A stretch of 55,353 nt of DNA from Candidatus Omnitrophota bacterium (GTDB taxonomy: Bacteria > Omnitrophota > Gorgyraeia > Gygaellales > Profunditerraquicolaceae), in NCBI GenBank assembly GCA_043807505.1, contig JAZDFW010000089.1:1-55353 (forward strand), given 5' to 3'. Position numbers and translations under genes: made by a program. The notes beneath the pieces are model-generated. The model did no database searches and was not told where the DNA came from. It saw only the letters and a program-made list of their open reading frames with translations. Positions 1-12,793 of the stretch are shown here, piece by piece (the stretch's first letter is position 1; every line of letters starts with the position of its first letter).

Positions 1-747
1 CAGAATCGCCTTAGCAACCTTGACTTCCTCTTGCGGGATATCTGTAAGCGATATTCTTATTGTGTCGCCAATACCATCTAACAACAAAGCGCCTATTGCT
101 ATTGAAGACATAATCGCGCCGCCTTTAGGTAAACCGGTAGCAGTAACCCCTAGGTGCAGAGGATAACCGCATAATTTGGAAAATTTTCGATATGCCTCAA
201 CAGTATCTAAAACTGTCGATGCTTTTAGAGAAACAATAATATCAGAAAACTTGAATTTCTCCACTATTCTTATGTAATCTAAAGCAGAGGCTACTAATTT
301 ATCAGCTAAGCTTAAATTTTTAGAACCTAGATTCCTTACTGAACCGGAATTCAACCCAATCCTTAAGGGAATTCTCGCAGCCTTTAAGGCAGCAACGATT
401 TCTCGTATCTGGCTTTTTTTATAAATATTCCCTGGATTCAACCTAATTTTATCAGCCCCATTTTCAATTGCTTCTAAAGCTAAATTCCAATTAAAATGTA
501 TATCGGCAGCCAAGGGAATTTTTACATAATTTTTTAGCTGTTTTAATGCCTTTGCGTCATCGCTATCTTTTATGGCTAAACGAACAATCTCGCATCCGCA
601 ATTTTCCAGCTCTTTTATTTGCGAAAGCGTATTTTTAATATCACTGGTTTTATATTTGGCCATTGACTGTATTGCTACCGGATTATTTCCTCCGATATGC
701 AAAGAGCCAATTTTTATAACTTTTGTTTGTCTTCTATTTATCAACAT
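1..747 (-). CDS. ispG: IspG/GcpE (HMBPP synthase), N-terminal part; the gene runs off the left edge
   Basis: My own minus-strand translation from the ATG at 745-747 gives MLINRRQTKVIKIGSLHIGGNNPVAIQSMAKYKTSDIKNTLSQIKELENCGCEIVRLAI..., a canonical IspG N-terminus. The frame stays open to position 1. It is absent from the ORF track because there is no in-window stop. Confidence 0.85.
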   Translation of the reverse strand, partial: MLINRRQTKVIKIGSLHIGGNNPVAIQSMAKYKTSDIKNTLSQIKELENCGCEIVRLAIKDSDDAKALKQLKNYVKIPLAADIHFNWNLALEAIENGADKIRLNPGNIYKKSQIREIVAALKAARIPLRIGLNSGSVRNLGSKNLSLADKLVASALDYIRIVEKFKFSDIIVSLKASTVLDTVEAYRKFSKLCGYPLHLGVTATGLPKGGAIMSSIAIGALLLDGIGDTIRISLTDIPQEEVKVAKAIL

Positions 748-749
748 GC

Positions 750-1826
750 CTATTTTAGAAATCCGAATATCTTATCCTTAAATCTTAAAAGGTCGTTAAT
801 AGTCGCTAGTAGCGCCAAGGCAATAATCAATGAAAAACCAAACTGTGTAATTATCCGCTCCATCTTAATACTTAAACCTTTTTTTCTTATTTTCTCAATA
901 AGCAGCAATACTAAATGCCCGCCGTCTAAAACAGGAAGCGGGAGAAGATTAAAAATGCATAGGCTTATACTTAATACGGCCACTAGATGTAAAACCGCAA
1001 TTATCCCCATTTGCGCTGCTTTAGAAGTAATATAAAAAATGCCTAGCGGCCCGGTCACTGACTCACGAAAAGACAACTTGCCTATAATCATCCGCCATAA
1101 TGCATGGTAAGTTAAAATCGTAAGGTCCCAGGTCTTTTGTGCCCCCAAGAAAAACGATTCAAAAAAACCATGCCTTATTTTAATAATATCGTCTGCGGGG
1201 GTTACCCCAATTAGGCCAACATTTTGTTTTGAACCGATCAAATCTTGCATCTGTTTTTCTTGTACCGAAACATTAAAATCAAGTTTTTTTTGTTTCCTTA
1301 AAACGGAAAGTTTAATGATGTTTGCTTCTTTTCTGGTGTGTATAATCTTCTGCAGATCTTCCCAATATGTTACAGAATTACCGTCTATAGCAATTATTCT
1401 ATCTCCTATCTCTATCCCGGCATTTTTTGCTCCGTAACCTTCCATTAAGCCGCCTACCTTTGTGGTAAGCGTAGGATAACCTACAAAGAATATCAACCAA
1501 AAACATAAAAATCCTAAGGCATAATTTAATATGGGCCCTAAGGCTATTACTATCGCCCGCTTACCCGGTGGTTTAGCAAGATACTCGTCAGAATTACCTT
1601 TAAACTCCTCAAGATTGTCGCCGGCGAGTTTTACGAAACCGCCCAAGGGTATGGCATTAATCGAATAATCTACCCCGTCTTTTTTCTTCTTGAAAATAGG
1701 TTTACCAAAACCCAGGGAAAATTGTTCAACTCTAACACCAACCTTTTTAGCTGCAATAAAATGGCCGAATTCATGAACAATGATTAATAACCCTAAAACA
1801 AATAAAAAAACTATTAACGAAATCAT
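750..1826 (-). CDS. rseP: RIP site-2 metalloprotease, M50 family (RseP-like)
   Basis: HEFGH zinc motif at the N-terminus, a central PDZ-like segment, multiple TM helices, and an LPLPVLDGGH motif. It sits in the conserved dxr-rseP neighbourhood. Confidence 0.85.
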   Translation of the reverse strand: MISLIVFLFVLGLLIIVHEFGHFIAAKKVGVRVEQFSLGFGKPIFKKKKDGVDYSINAIPLGGFVKLAGDNLEEFKGNSDEYLAKPPGKRAIVIALGPILNYALGFLCFWLIFFVGYPTLTTKVGGLMEGYGAKNAGIEIGDRIIAIDGNSVTYWEDLQKIIHTRKEANIIKLSVLRKQKKLDFNVSVQEKQMQDLIGSKQNVGLIGVTPADDIIKIRHGFFESFFLGAQKTWDLTILTYHALWRMIIGKLSFRESVTGPLGIFYITSKAAQMGIIAVLHLVAVLSISLCIFNLLPLPVLDGGHLVLLLIEKIRKKGLSIKMERIITQFGFSLIIALALLATINDLLRFKDKIFGFLK

Positions 1827-1835
1827 AACTTTATC

Positions 1836-2987
1836 CTAACTTTCTCGAATAATTTTGTTGGCTTCTTTAGTAGCCCAGCTATCTGCTTCTTTAATTTCAT
1901 CTAAATCGGGGTTTTTCTTATACTTGTGCCTAAGCATTACGGCCTCAATAACCTCAGGAATATCTGTAAACTTAATTTTTCCTTTCAAAAATTCATTTAC
2001 GCTTACTTCATTAGCAGCGTTTAATACGCATGGCAACGTCCCCGCGCCTTCTGCCGCCTGATATGCTAAATTTAAACACGGAAATTTCTTAAAATCCGGC
2101 CCTTCAAAATTGAGGCTTTTTAAGCTGACAAAATTTATCCCCTTCATTCCATTAGCAAGCCTTTCCGGAAAAGATAAGGCATATTGAATCGGAATGCGCA
2201 TATCCGTAACAGACAATTGCGCCATAACTACCCCGTCTACAAATTCAACCATCGAATGAATTATTGCCTCCGGATGAATTATTACCTTTATCTTGCTAGG
2301 GCTTATGGCGAATAAATGTGCGGCCTCGATAACCTCAAGCCCTTTATTCATAAGGCTGGCTGAATCAACAGTAATCTTTTTCCCCATTTTCCAGCGCGGG
2401 TGATCCAAAACCTTACTTACTGATACGTTCTTAAGCTTCTCCTGCGATAAATTCCTAAATGGCCCCCCAGAAGCTGTAAGATAAATATTCTTTATCCTGC
2501 TTTTATCTTCACCATTAATACACTGCCAAATTGCCGATTGTTCGCTGTCAATAGGGATAATCAAAACATTGTTATCTTTTGCCCGCTTCATAATAATGGA
2601 GCCTGCCATTACCAATGCCTCTTTATTAGCAAGGGCAATTGTTTTTTTTGCCTCGATTGCGTTTAATAGAGGCGACAACGCGGCAGACCCACTTATCGCC
2701 AAAAGGACTGTATCTGTAAGCTTATCCCGAACAACTAAAACCAAACCATCTTGGCCAAAAGCAATCTTTACGCCTGTCTTGACTCTTTTTGTTAACCTAG
2801 CCGCGGATAAGCTGTCATTAACACAGGCTAATTTTGGATGATATTCCTTTATCTGCCTGCTCAAAAGCCTTACATTAGAGTTTGTGGTCAAAGATACTAC
2901 CTTAAACTCTCCAGGAAAACGTCTTATAACCTTTAAAGCGCTTATTCCTATCGACCCGGTTGAACCCAATATCGCGATGTGTTTCAT
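1836..2987 (-). CDS. dxr: 1-deoxy-D-xylulose-5-phosphate reductoisomerase
   Basis: GSTGSIG NADPH-binding N-terminus, and the LANKE and PIDSEQSA(I) motifs typical of Dxr. Length is 383 aa. Confidence 0.92.
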   Translation of the reverse strand: MKHIAILGSTGSIGISALKVIRRFPGEFKVVSLTTNSNVRLLSRQIKEYHPKLACVNDSLSAARLTKRVKTGVKIAFGQDGLVLVVRDKLTDTVLLAISGSAALSPLLNAIEAKKTIALANKEALVMAGSIIMKRAKDNNVLIIPIDSEQSAIWQCINGEDKSRIKNIYLTASGGPFRNLSQEKLKNVSVSKVLDHPRWKMGKKITVDSASLMNKGLEVIEAAHLFAISPSKIKVIIHPEAIIHSMVEFVDGVVMAQLSVTDMRIPIQYALSFPERLANGMKGINFVSLKSLNFEGPDFKKFPCLNLAYQAAEGAGTLPCVLNAANEVSVNEFLKGKIKFTDIPEVIEAVMLRHKYKKNPDLDEIKEADSWATKEANKIIRES

Positions 2988-2995
2988 TAAAATCT

Positions 2996-3787
2996 TTATT
3001 TTTGAATAACGCTTAAATAAAAATAAAACGCGGGGGCAGTAAAAAGCAGGCTGTCGATTTCATCCAAGATACCGCCCATACCGGGTAAAATATTCCCTGA
3101 ATCTTTGACGCCGCAGTCACGCTTCATAAGAGATTCTGATAAATCCCCTAACTGCCCTAAGGCACCTAAAGCTGCTCCCAAAAATATAATATGCCAATAA
3201 GGCAAATGTAAAAATGCCCTGCTCATCAACGCGCCTAATACACTGCAGATAAGCCCTCCCAAAGCGCCTTCAATTGATTTTTTTGGGCTGACACGGGGCA
3301 ATAATGGCGTTTTCCCAAACCAGCTGCCAATAAAATAAGCTCCGATATCGCCTAATTTTGTAATCAACAATACCGCAATAAATAAGCCCAATCCCCCTTC
3401 GAGAAATCTTATTTTTATCAAAAATGAAAAAAACCAGGAAACATAAAGTATCCCAAAAAGAGTTGTTGAGATATCTATGATTACTCCGGAATTTTGCCGC
3501 CTTCTAAATTGCATAAGTATTAAAAACAAAAGAATCAAGAGTAAAAATAAGAGCTCCCATTTTTTTGTCAACTCAAACCTTAATAATATGGAAAGTGGAA
3601 TTACCAATCCCACACCCATACCAAAATATTTATAAATGCTTATGCCTTTTTTCTCAAGCATGGAGAAAAATTCATAAAGTCCGACACCGATAAAAGCAGT
3701 CACGGCCATTGCGCATATCCAATCAACAAATATTACCGCGAAAATTATTCCTATTAATATGATACCGCAAATTATTCTTCTAAACAT
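2996..3787 (-). CDS. cdsA: phosphatidate cytidylyltransferase
   Basis: Polytopic membrane protein with the C-terminal CTP-transferase signature SxxKRxxxxKDxxxxxPGHGGxxD (here SLMKRDCGVKDSGNILPGMGGILDEID). Located in uppS-cdsA-dxr synteny. Confidence 0.85.
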   Translation of the reverse strand: MFRRIICGIILIGIIFAVIFVDWICAMAVTAFIGVGLYEFFSMLEKKGISIYKYFGMGVGLVIPLSILLRFELTKKWELLFLLLILLFLILMQFRRRQNSGVIIDISTTLFGILYVSWFFSFLIKIRFLEGGLGLFIAVLLITKLGDIGAYFIGSWFGKTPLLPRVSPKKSIEGALGGLICSVLGALMSRAFLHLPYWHIIFLGAALGALGQLGDLSESLMKRDCGVKDSGNILPGMGGILDEIDSLLFTAPAFYFYLSVIQK

Positions 3788-4497
3788 TGTATATCTCCAA
3801 ACCTGCGCGCTCTTCCCTGATAAACCTTTATTGCCTTTTCTAAATCAGCTGCCCCAAAATCAGGCCAATATTTCTTTGAGAAAAAAAGTTCCGCGTAAGA
3901 AAGCTGCCAAAGCAAGAAATTACTCAAGCGCATCTCACCGCTGGTGCGGATTAAAAGATCAGGATCAGCTAAACCAGCGGTATATAAGAATGAGCTGAAT
4001 TTATCTACATCTAATTCTTCGATATCCGCTTCGCCCTTAGTAACCATGCCGGCAAAAATCTTAGCCGCATCGACTATTTCTTGTCTTGAGCCGTAATTTA
4101 AAGCTAAAACTACCGTTAGCCCGGAATTATTTTTTGTCTTCTCAATTGCTGCCTGGATTTCTTGTAAAACAAATTCGGGTAGAGGAATACTCCTGCCGAT
4201 AAATTTGAATCTAATGTTATTCTTATGTAGTTCGCTGATTTGTCTATTTAAAAAATTAACTAACACCCGCATGAGCATATTTATTTCTTTTTTTGGCCTT
4301 TTCCAATTCTCTGCTGAAAAGGCAAAAAACGTCAGCACCTCAACTCCTAACCTTGCAGCAGCTCTGACAACCTCACGCACCCTTTTTACGCCTTCGCGAT
4401 GCCCTGCTGTACGCGGCAGGCCTTTCTCTTTGGCCCAACGGCCATTACCGTCCATGATAATAGCGATGTGTTTAGGAATATTTTTTTTATTATTCAT
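3772..4497 (-). CDS. uppS: di-trans,poly-cis-undecaprenyl-diphosphate synthase
   Basis: HIAIIMDGNGRWA and RTSGEMRLSNFLLWQ motifs. Length is 241 aa. Confidence 0.92.
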   Translation of the reverse strand: MNNKKNIPKHIAIIMDGNGRWAKEKGLPRTAGHREGVKRVREVVRAAARLGVEVLTFFAFSAENWKRPKKEINMLMRVLVNFLNRQISELHKNNIRFKFIGRSIPLPEFVLQEIQAAIEKTKNNSGLTVVLALNYGSRQEIVDAAKIFAGMVTKGEADIEELDVDKFSSFLYTAGLADPDLLIRTSGEMRLSNFLLWQLSYAELFFSKKYWPDFGAADLEKAIKVYQGRARRFGDIQCLEE

Positions 4498-4542
4498 TAA
4501 TTGTGGTTTAGGGAAATTTATTAGTTTATAGTTTTTCGTTTT

Positions 4543-6123
4543 TTATTGGTGGACACGATAATCTATACTGGAGAATATATTATCCTTATATTCGACATCC
4601 GCAAGCCACGATTCGTCAATGCAATTTGATTTTATCTGTTCATATAAGCTCGCGAATCGCAGAAGATGTTCTTTTGTCCGACGAACAGCATACTCGGTAT
4701 GTGTACCGGTGCCCATAATAAATGCCCAATCAGAACTCTGCGCTAAAAGCAATTCACGCAATGCCTGATTTAATGCTCTCTGCAAAACGCCGTTGCCAGA
4801 ATTATGTGAATTAGTTTTTACTAACTCGGTCATACGCTCGCTTGCCTTGTGCAAATGACGATAGATCCAATCATTAGGGCCCTGCAGCCACATCTCACTA
4901 TACCCCTTCCATCCCCAGCTAGACATTGACGGAGCCACTACTTGATTCCGAGGATTTTCTAGTAGATACTCAGAAGGCGTAATCATACGGATTGTCTTCT
5001 GGTCAAAATAAATCTTGCGGATTAAAAAATCAAGCCACATCGGCCCTTCATACCACCAATGGCCGTAAAGCTCAGCATCATAGGGAGAAATAATCAAAGG
5101 CTTTTTTTGCATGAAGTCATACAGATATTCTATTTGTTTTTCGCGATTAAATAAAAAATTTCCTGCATGCTGTGCAGCTCTTTCTTTTGCCCAATGAGGA
5201 TTATAAGGCTGTTTGTCGTCGCTACCTGTAATTCTATAATATTTTATGCCTGTATTAATCCTTATGCCGTCAGGATGGATATAGGGTTTAATATAATCGA
5301 AGTCCAAGTCAAAACCTATATCGCGGTAAAATTCCCGATAAGCATAATCTCCCGGATAGCCCTCAATGGAAGACCAGACTTGCTTTGAAGATTCCAGGTC
5401 GCGAGCGAAACACGCAATCCCTGATTTGCAATATACCGGCGCAAAAACGCCGTATTTAGGACGGGGCGTCCCGTGCAATACGCCGTGCGCATCGCTAAAG
5501 AAATAACGCAAGCCCGATTCTTTTAAAATCTCATCGTGGCCCGGATGATAACCGCATTCAGGGAGCCAAATTCCTTGCGGCTTCCTGCCGAAAATACCTT
5601 CGTAATGATTAACCGCTACTTTAACCTGGGCCCTGACCGATTCACGACAGACATCCATCAAAGGAAAATATCCGTGTGTTGCTCCACAGGTAATAATTTC
5701 CAGCTTCCCTAAATCCTGAAATTTCTTGAATGCATTAACAAGATTATGATGATACGCCTCAAAAACATTTCGGCAGAGGCAGAAATTATTTAAATACATT
5801 CCTGCCAAATGCCCAAAATCAGGTTGCCAACGTGTCCTTTCTACTTCCTTGCCTGCCAACTCAATCAATCTGTTAATGTGCCTTACATACCTTCCCTGTA
5901 GAAGCGGATCGGTTAGCATGGAAATCAATGTTGGGGTAAGCGACATTGTGACTCTAAAATCTACCCCGTCATTTACAAGGCCCTCAAAGACATTTATCAA
6001 AGGAATGTAGGTCTCGGTTATAGCTTCAAAGAGCCAATCCTCTTCAAGAAAATCTTCGTGTTCCGGGTGCCTGACAAACGGAAGATGGCAATGCAGCACT
6101 AAACACAGATATCCTTTATTCAC
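4543..6123 (-). CDS. glycoside hydrolase family 57 protein (alpha-glucan branching enzyme-like, DUF1957 C-terminus)
   Basis: The GYLCLVLHCHLPFVRHPE N-terminus and WLPECGY motif are typical of GH57 branching enzymes. Length is 526 aa. Confidence 0.8.
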   Translation of the reverse strand: MNKGYLCLVLHCHLPFVRHPEHEDFLEEDWLFEAITETYIPLINVFEGLVNDGVDFRVTMSLTPTLISMLTDPLLQGRYVRHINRLIELAGKEVERTRWQPDFGHLAGMYLNNFCLCRNVFEAYHHNLVNAFKKFQDLGKLEIITCGATHGYFPLMDVCRESVRAQVKVAVNHYEGIFGRKPQGIWLPECGYHPGHDEILKESGLRYFFSDAHGVLHGTPRPKYGVFAPVYCKSGIACFARDLESSKQVWSSIEGYPGDYAYREFYRDIGFDLDFDYIKPYIHPDGIRINTGIKYYRITGSDDKQPYNPHWAKERAAQHAGNFLFNREKQIEYLYDFMQKKPLIISPYDAELYGHWWYEGPMWLDFLIRKIYFDQKTIRMITPSEYLLENPRNQVVAPSMSSWGWKGYSEMWLQGPNDWIYRHLHKASERMTELVKTNSHNSGNGVLQRALNQALRELLLAQSSDWAFIMGTGTHTEYAVRRTKEHLLRFASLYEQIKSNCIDESWLADVEYKDNIFSSIDYRVHQ

Positions 6124-6159
6124 CTTAAGGTTCCCTTTCTAGATTGTCATCAGTGAAGG

Positions 6160-7185
6160 TTATTTTACTAATTCGCGATTAATTGAGTGATATTTTGTTT
6201 CCTTGCCTACAACGGGAGTAATGGTAATTGTTTCAACCTCATCAGCAGATATCCCTTGGCAAGGTATAACCTGCTTTCCATCGCAAAGAGCAAAACGTAA
6301 ACTAAATGTGCCGTCCGCCCGTAATTTAATCGGCTTACCCTGAACAGTCACTTTTGCATCAGGCTCAGTAGCGCCATAAACAATTAATTCCGTATTTACA
6401 GTCATCCAGAATTTTCTTTGTTTCGGAATCTTTTTTACAGGGCTAGCCATTGAAGCGATTCCTCCGGAAGCAGAGCTTACAGCTTCTTTAAATCTCTGTG
6501 CCCACACCTTAGCTATAGGCGAGCTCCTGCCAAATCCAAAGCCCATGCCATAAAGACGGGCAAACATATCTTCCGGGATCATCCACTCCTCGTCCATAAT
6601 CCAAGACGGCCCATCTAAAGGGGTTTCTACCTTATTAGAACGAGCGATTGTGATAAATTCACTTGATGCTAACCTCAGGCCTATATCTACACACCATGAC
6701 CTGCCCGGAGCCTTAGAATTAATATACCAGCTAATTGCATCGTAATTAATCTCAATGTCAAAAAAACTATTGGCATTTTTTCCATCGAAGATAATCGAAG
6801 TAACATCGTATACCCGAAGAATTATTTTTCCCGAATAAAATGCATCAGCTAACCTTGATTTTAAACTATCAATGGTTTGGGGTGTAACTTCCCAATACGT
6901 ATGCATCCACCATGAGTCACGTACCTGAAGGACTATTCTATCCTGTCCGTATCTAGAAGATAATTCTTGGATTATTTTAGGACTTATTCTCGGAGATTCA
7001 GGAGTAAAAAATTTAGATTTTTCAACTGTTGTTTCATGAGTGCCCGGGGGGATTTCTTTTTTTGGTTTTTCATGGGCCAGGCTTTCCTTTGTTGCCACAA
7101 GAGAAATCTTTTTTGCAAGCCTTGATTCTTTGATCTTTTGTAACCATTTCTTTGACACCTCTTTGATCTTGCGGAGTAGGCTCAT
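6160..7185 (-). CDS. DUF4912-type protein (frequent GH57 partner)
   Basis: DRIVLQVRDSWWMHTYWEV matches the DUF4912 core. I moved the start to the ATG at 7183-7185 (MSLLRKIK...) because a perfect AAGGAGGTG RBS lies just upstream. The track ORF extends 23 codons further. Confidence 0.7.
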   Translation of the reverse strand: MSLLRKIKEVSKKWLQKIKESRLAKKISLVATKESLAHEKPKKEIPPGTHETTVEKSKFFTPESPRISPKIIQELSSRYGQDRIVLQVRDSWWMHTYWEVTPQTIDSLKSRLADAFYSGKIILRVYDVTSIIFDGKNANSFFDIEINYDAISWYINSKAPGRSWCVDIGLRLASSEFITIARSNKVETPLDGPSWIMDEEWMIPEDMFARLYGMGFGFGRSSPIAKVWAQRFKEAVSSASGGIASMASPVKKIPKQRKFWMTVNTELIVYGATEPDAKVTVQGKPIKLRADGTFSLRFALCDGKQVIPCQGISADEVETITITPVVGKETKYHSINRELVK

Positions 7186-7284
7186 ATAACACCTCCTTAG
7201 AATTAATCTATTTTCTCTTAAATAAAAAAGGGGATGTATATCCCCTTCGAACAAGATTGTTCTTTTTACTCTTTCTACTTCATA

Positions 7285-7674
7285 TTATTTCTTTGGTTTC
7301 GCTGTTTTGTTTTTTATCAATACATCCTTAAGGTCTTCTTCAAGCGCTTCTTTTAGTTTGGTAACTTTTTGCAGTTCTTCTTTTATGCTCTGGTTTATTA
7401 ATTGTTCTTGTAGCAATGACTTCTTTGTTGAATCAAGCAATACCTTTTGGGCTTCCAAATCATGGCTGAGAGAATTTATCTTTGCCTCGTAATTGGCCTT
7501 CTCCTGGCCAAATTTGTTCATTTTTTCCTCTAAGTCAAGCCTTGTTGCCATTTCTTTTTGGCGTGCATTTTTTTGGCGGCTTGCGTTTCCACAAGAACTA
7601 ACCGTACTCATAAAGAATATCAATGTCAATACCGCTAATATTATAATAAGCCTATTCTTAAAACTTTCTTCCAT
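7285..7674 (-). CDS. coiled-coil lipoprotein, function unknown
   Basis: Signal peptide with lipobox (VSSCGN), followed by a charged heptad-like sequence. Confidence 0.55.
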   Translation of the reverse strand: MEESFKNRLIIILAVLTLIFFMSTVSSCGNASRQKNARQKEMATRLDLEEKMNKFGQEKANYEAKINSLSHDLEAQKVLLDSTKKSLLQEQLINQSIKEELQKVTKLKEALEEDLKDVLIKNKTAKPKK

Positions 7675-7695
7675 GGTGCCTCCTGAAAAAAATAA

Positions 7696-8346
7696 TTATT
7701 TAAGATTATCTTGCGGCTCTAAATTAACAACTTCTTCTTTGGTATCTTTTGTTTTTGTTACCACAGGTAAAATAACAATTTCAACCCTGCGATTCAATTG
7801 ACGGCCTTCTTTACTATCATTAGAAGCTACTGGTTTATATTCTCCGTAGCCGATTGCCGATACGCGGTCTGGGGAGATGTCTTTTTCATCGACGAGATAA
7901 TGCAAAACACTTAACGCGCGGGCAGTGGATAACTCCCAATTTGATTTCCATCCGGAACTCTTGATAGGAACATTGTCTGTATGGCCTTCTATACCTATAT
8001 TTAGCTGCGGAACGTTTTCCTGTAAGATTTTTGCAACCTTGCCTAAACCGTTAACCGCACCTGATTTTAGTTTTGCTTTACCCGAATCGAATAAAACATC
8101 CGCCACAAAGGTAATCACTAAACCCTTTTCGTTCATCTTAAGGCTGATATCCTTATCCTTAATTTCTTGTGCTAATCTTTCTTCCAGCAGTATTTTTGTC
8201 TGAGCCAATTCATCAAGTTGAGTAGATAACTCTTGAATCTTTTGGAGGTCAGAACGCCTTCCTGTTTGAAAAATAAATGTGCAACCTGCTAAGCTTAAAG
8301 ATAAAAATATTACCAAGCTGGATTTAATCAAAGATTTGCTTTCCAT
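7696..8346 (-). CDS. OmpA/MotB-domain lipoprotein (peptidoglycan-associated)
   Basis: Lipobox LSLAGC and a coiled-coil linker. The C-terminal OmpA-like domain carries HTDN...NWELSTARA...NRRVEI motifs. Confidence 0.8.
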   Translation of the reverse strand: MESKSLIKSSLVIFLSLSLAGCTFIFQTGRRSDLQKIQELSTQLDELAQTKILLEERLAQEIKDKDISLKMNEKGLVITFVADVLFDSGKAKLKSGAVNGLGKVAKILQENVPQLNIGIEGHTDNVPIKSSGWKSNWELSTARALSVLHYLVDEKDISPDRVSAIGYGEYKPVASNDSKEGRQLNRRVEIVILPVVTKTKDTKEEVVNLEPQDNLK

Positions 8347-8445
8347 CAGATTTCCTCCTCTTAATTATTAAATTTGGAATGGAACTTAACTATAACATAA
8401 TCAATAAGTTTAGTCAAGGAATTTGTTAATGCTGGTATAAACTTA

Positions 8446-10973
<2,528 letters not shown>

Positions 10974-10990
10974 ATTAATTATCCCTTCTT

Positions 10991-12772
10991 CTACTTTTTA
11001 AATATTCTCTTAAGATCGCTTTTTGTAGGCACTCCCTGGATGCCAAATATTTGCCGGTTATCTAAAAGATACACCGGGCCGGACATAACTTTTAATTCTT
11101 TGTTAATCTTTATGTTTTCTCTTAAAAGAGCGGCTCCTTCAACAGAAGTTGCGCATGTTTTTATTTTAGAAGAGTCCTCGCTCCCCAGGCAACTATCCCA
11201 CCAAGAGCTCTGAATATTTTTAGCACGGCAAATCAGATAATTCCAGAATTCTTTCGGATAATATTTCTTTACGCATGCGCAGCGTAAATACTCTTCAGTT
11301 TCTATACTGCCTGCCGCGGTTTGGAATTTAGAATTTTCTTCAATAGCAAGAAAATGTATATCGGGGTTAAAATCTTTTATTGCCTCTAAGGTAACACTCG
11401 TATCACGGCCGTAAAGGCTTATAAATAAATCCAAATTGCCTTCTTTTTTTTCTCTGTTTAAATAATAAGAGAGGCCCGCGATATCCGGATTCAATACGTA
11501 AAAATCGCCTTTTAGATTTAAGTTCTTTTTTAAGCCGCTAAATCCTGTTTCTTGTTCAATTTCTCTACCCAAAAGATAAGCCGGTAAACCATTAATACTT
11601 AACTTGCTTATTAACTTAAGAGCCTTTGCATCGGTATTGAATAAGAAAACCGGGGTAATACCGGGAAAAATCTTATTTAAATAATTGAGCGTTTCTTTTG
11701 TATCGCAGCCAAGGCAATTTTTCATAGTAATCACTAAAAGTGAGACTTTCTTTGCCTGGCCAAATACACACCTGGCTTCTTTAATGCCCGGATTAAGGCA
11801 AGTACCGCTAATATTTTTACTCCTGCAATCATTATCCGAGAAACAACCAGGTAAAATCTCCTCTATCTGCGGATTATTCTTTATTTTATCCGAAAGGCGT
11901 TTTAATTCCGATTTTTTAACGGTGATTTTTCCATCATTTATGCTTAAGGTTAAAACCCCAAGTTTACGGCCCTGTCTCGATGGATTAAACACAAAAGTTG
12001 AGCCGATCTCTTTGTAGGATTCTCCTTCTTTTACAGGCCGATTTGTAATAAGAATATCAATACCTTTTATTTCATTAATCAAATCTGAATTTTGTCTTTC
12101 GCTTAAATTACTCAAAACAACTATTATGTCGGTATTATTTTTCTTTAATTCCTCAATTGTCTTCTCAACTGCTATTCCAGGCTCGACAAAACTAATATCA
12201 CCTGCTCTTTGCTTAGCAAGAGAATTGGTTAAGCCAATTATACCGACTTTCAAGCCTCCTACCTGCTTAATAACATAAGGTAGTATTTTTTTCGTAAGTT
12301 CGCCGTTGTTTGTGATAGAAATATTACAAGATAAAAAATTAAGGTTTGCCTTAAAAATATTTTCTTTCAAAAAATCAAGCCCAAAATTAAATTCGTCTTC
12401 CCCTATTGCTACGGCATCATATTTAATTAACTCCATTGCCTTAAGATTAACTTCTGTTCGCTGCGTATTTAACTGTGTATCTTGGGTATATTCATCCATT
12501 AACCCGCCGGCAAAGAAATTACCCGAATCTAAAACCAGGATATTGGGATTATTTTTTCTTAATTGCTTAATTAAAGCCGCGCGCCGGCTAACCCCGCCGT
12601 CGGCCTCAATAGGGCAATTACAGGGATAAAGCATTGAGTGAGTCGAGCCTGTATAAAGAATGGTTATTTCTTTGCCAAATGCAGAATTAATAACATTTGT
12701 CAAAATCCAAACAAAAAAAATTCCAGGAACAAATTTTTTCATATTTTTTATAGTTAGTAATGGCAATTTCAT
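10991..12772 (-). CDS. secreted 5'-nucleotidase/metallophosphoesterase-like protein with degenerate metal motifs and a C-terminal thioredoxin-like (CxxC) region
   Basis: Has a signal peptide. The UshA-like layout is present, but the motifs read ILYTGSTHS / LDSGNFFAGG / GEDEFNFG instead of DxH / GDxxxG / GNHE. CLGC lies in a Trx-like segment. Confidence 0.45.
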   Translation of the reverse strand: MKLPLLTIKNMKKFVPGIFFVWILTNVINSAFGKEITILYTGSTHSMLYPCNCPIEADGGVSRRAALIKQLRKNNPNILVLDSGNFFAGGLMDEYTQDTQLNTQRTEVNLKAMELIKYDAVAIGEDEFNFGLDFLKENIFKANLNFLSCNISITNNGELTKKILPYVIKQVGGLKVGIIGLTNSLAKQRAGDISFVEPGIAVEKTIEELKKNNTDIIVVLSNLSERQNSDLINEIKGIDILITNRPVKEGESYKEIGSTFVFNPSRQGRKLGVLTLSINDGKITVKKSELKRLSDKIKNNPQIEEILPGCFSDNDCRSKNISGTCLNPGIKEARCVFGQAKKVSLLVITMKNCLGCDTKETLNYLNKIFPGITPVFLFNTDAKALKLISKLSINGLPAYLLGREIEQETGFSGLKKNLNLKGDFYVLNPDIAGLSYYLNREKKEGNLDLFISLYGRDTSVTLEAIKDFNPDIHFLAIEENSKFQTAAGSIETEEYLRCACVKKYYPKEFWNYLICRAKNIQSSWWDSCLGSEDSSKIKTCATSVEGAALLRENIKINKELKVMSGPVYLLDNRQIFGIQGVPTKSDLKRIFKK

Positions 12773-12793
12773 CTTTTTGTAGTAAATCTCTCT

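Noticed and set aside
6160-7254. The 23-codon N-terminal extension of the DUF4912 ORF. The same applies to the extensions at 17028-17057, 23209-23220 and 55034-55063.
   Set aside because: The internal ATGs have strong RBSs or ATGA coupling and remove improbable overlaps or unstructured leaders. I therefore preferred the shorter models.
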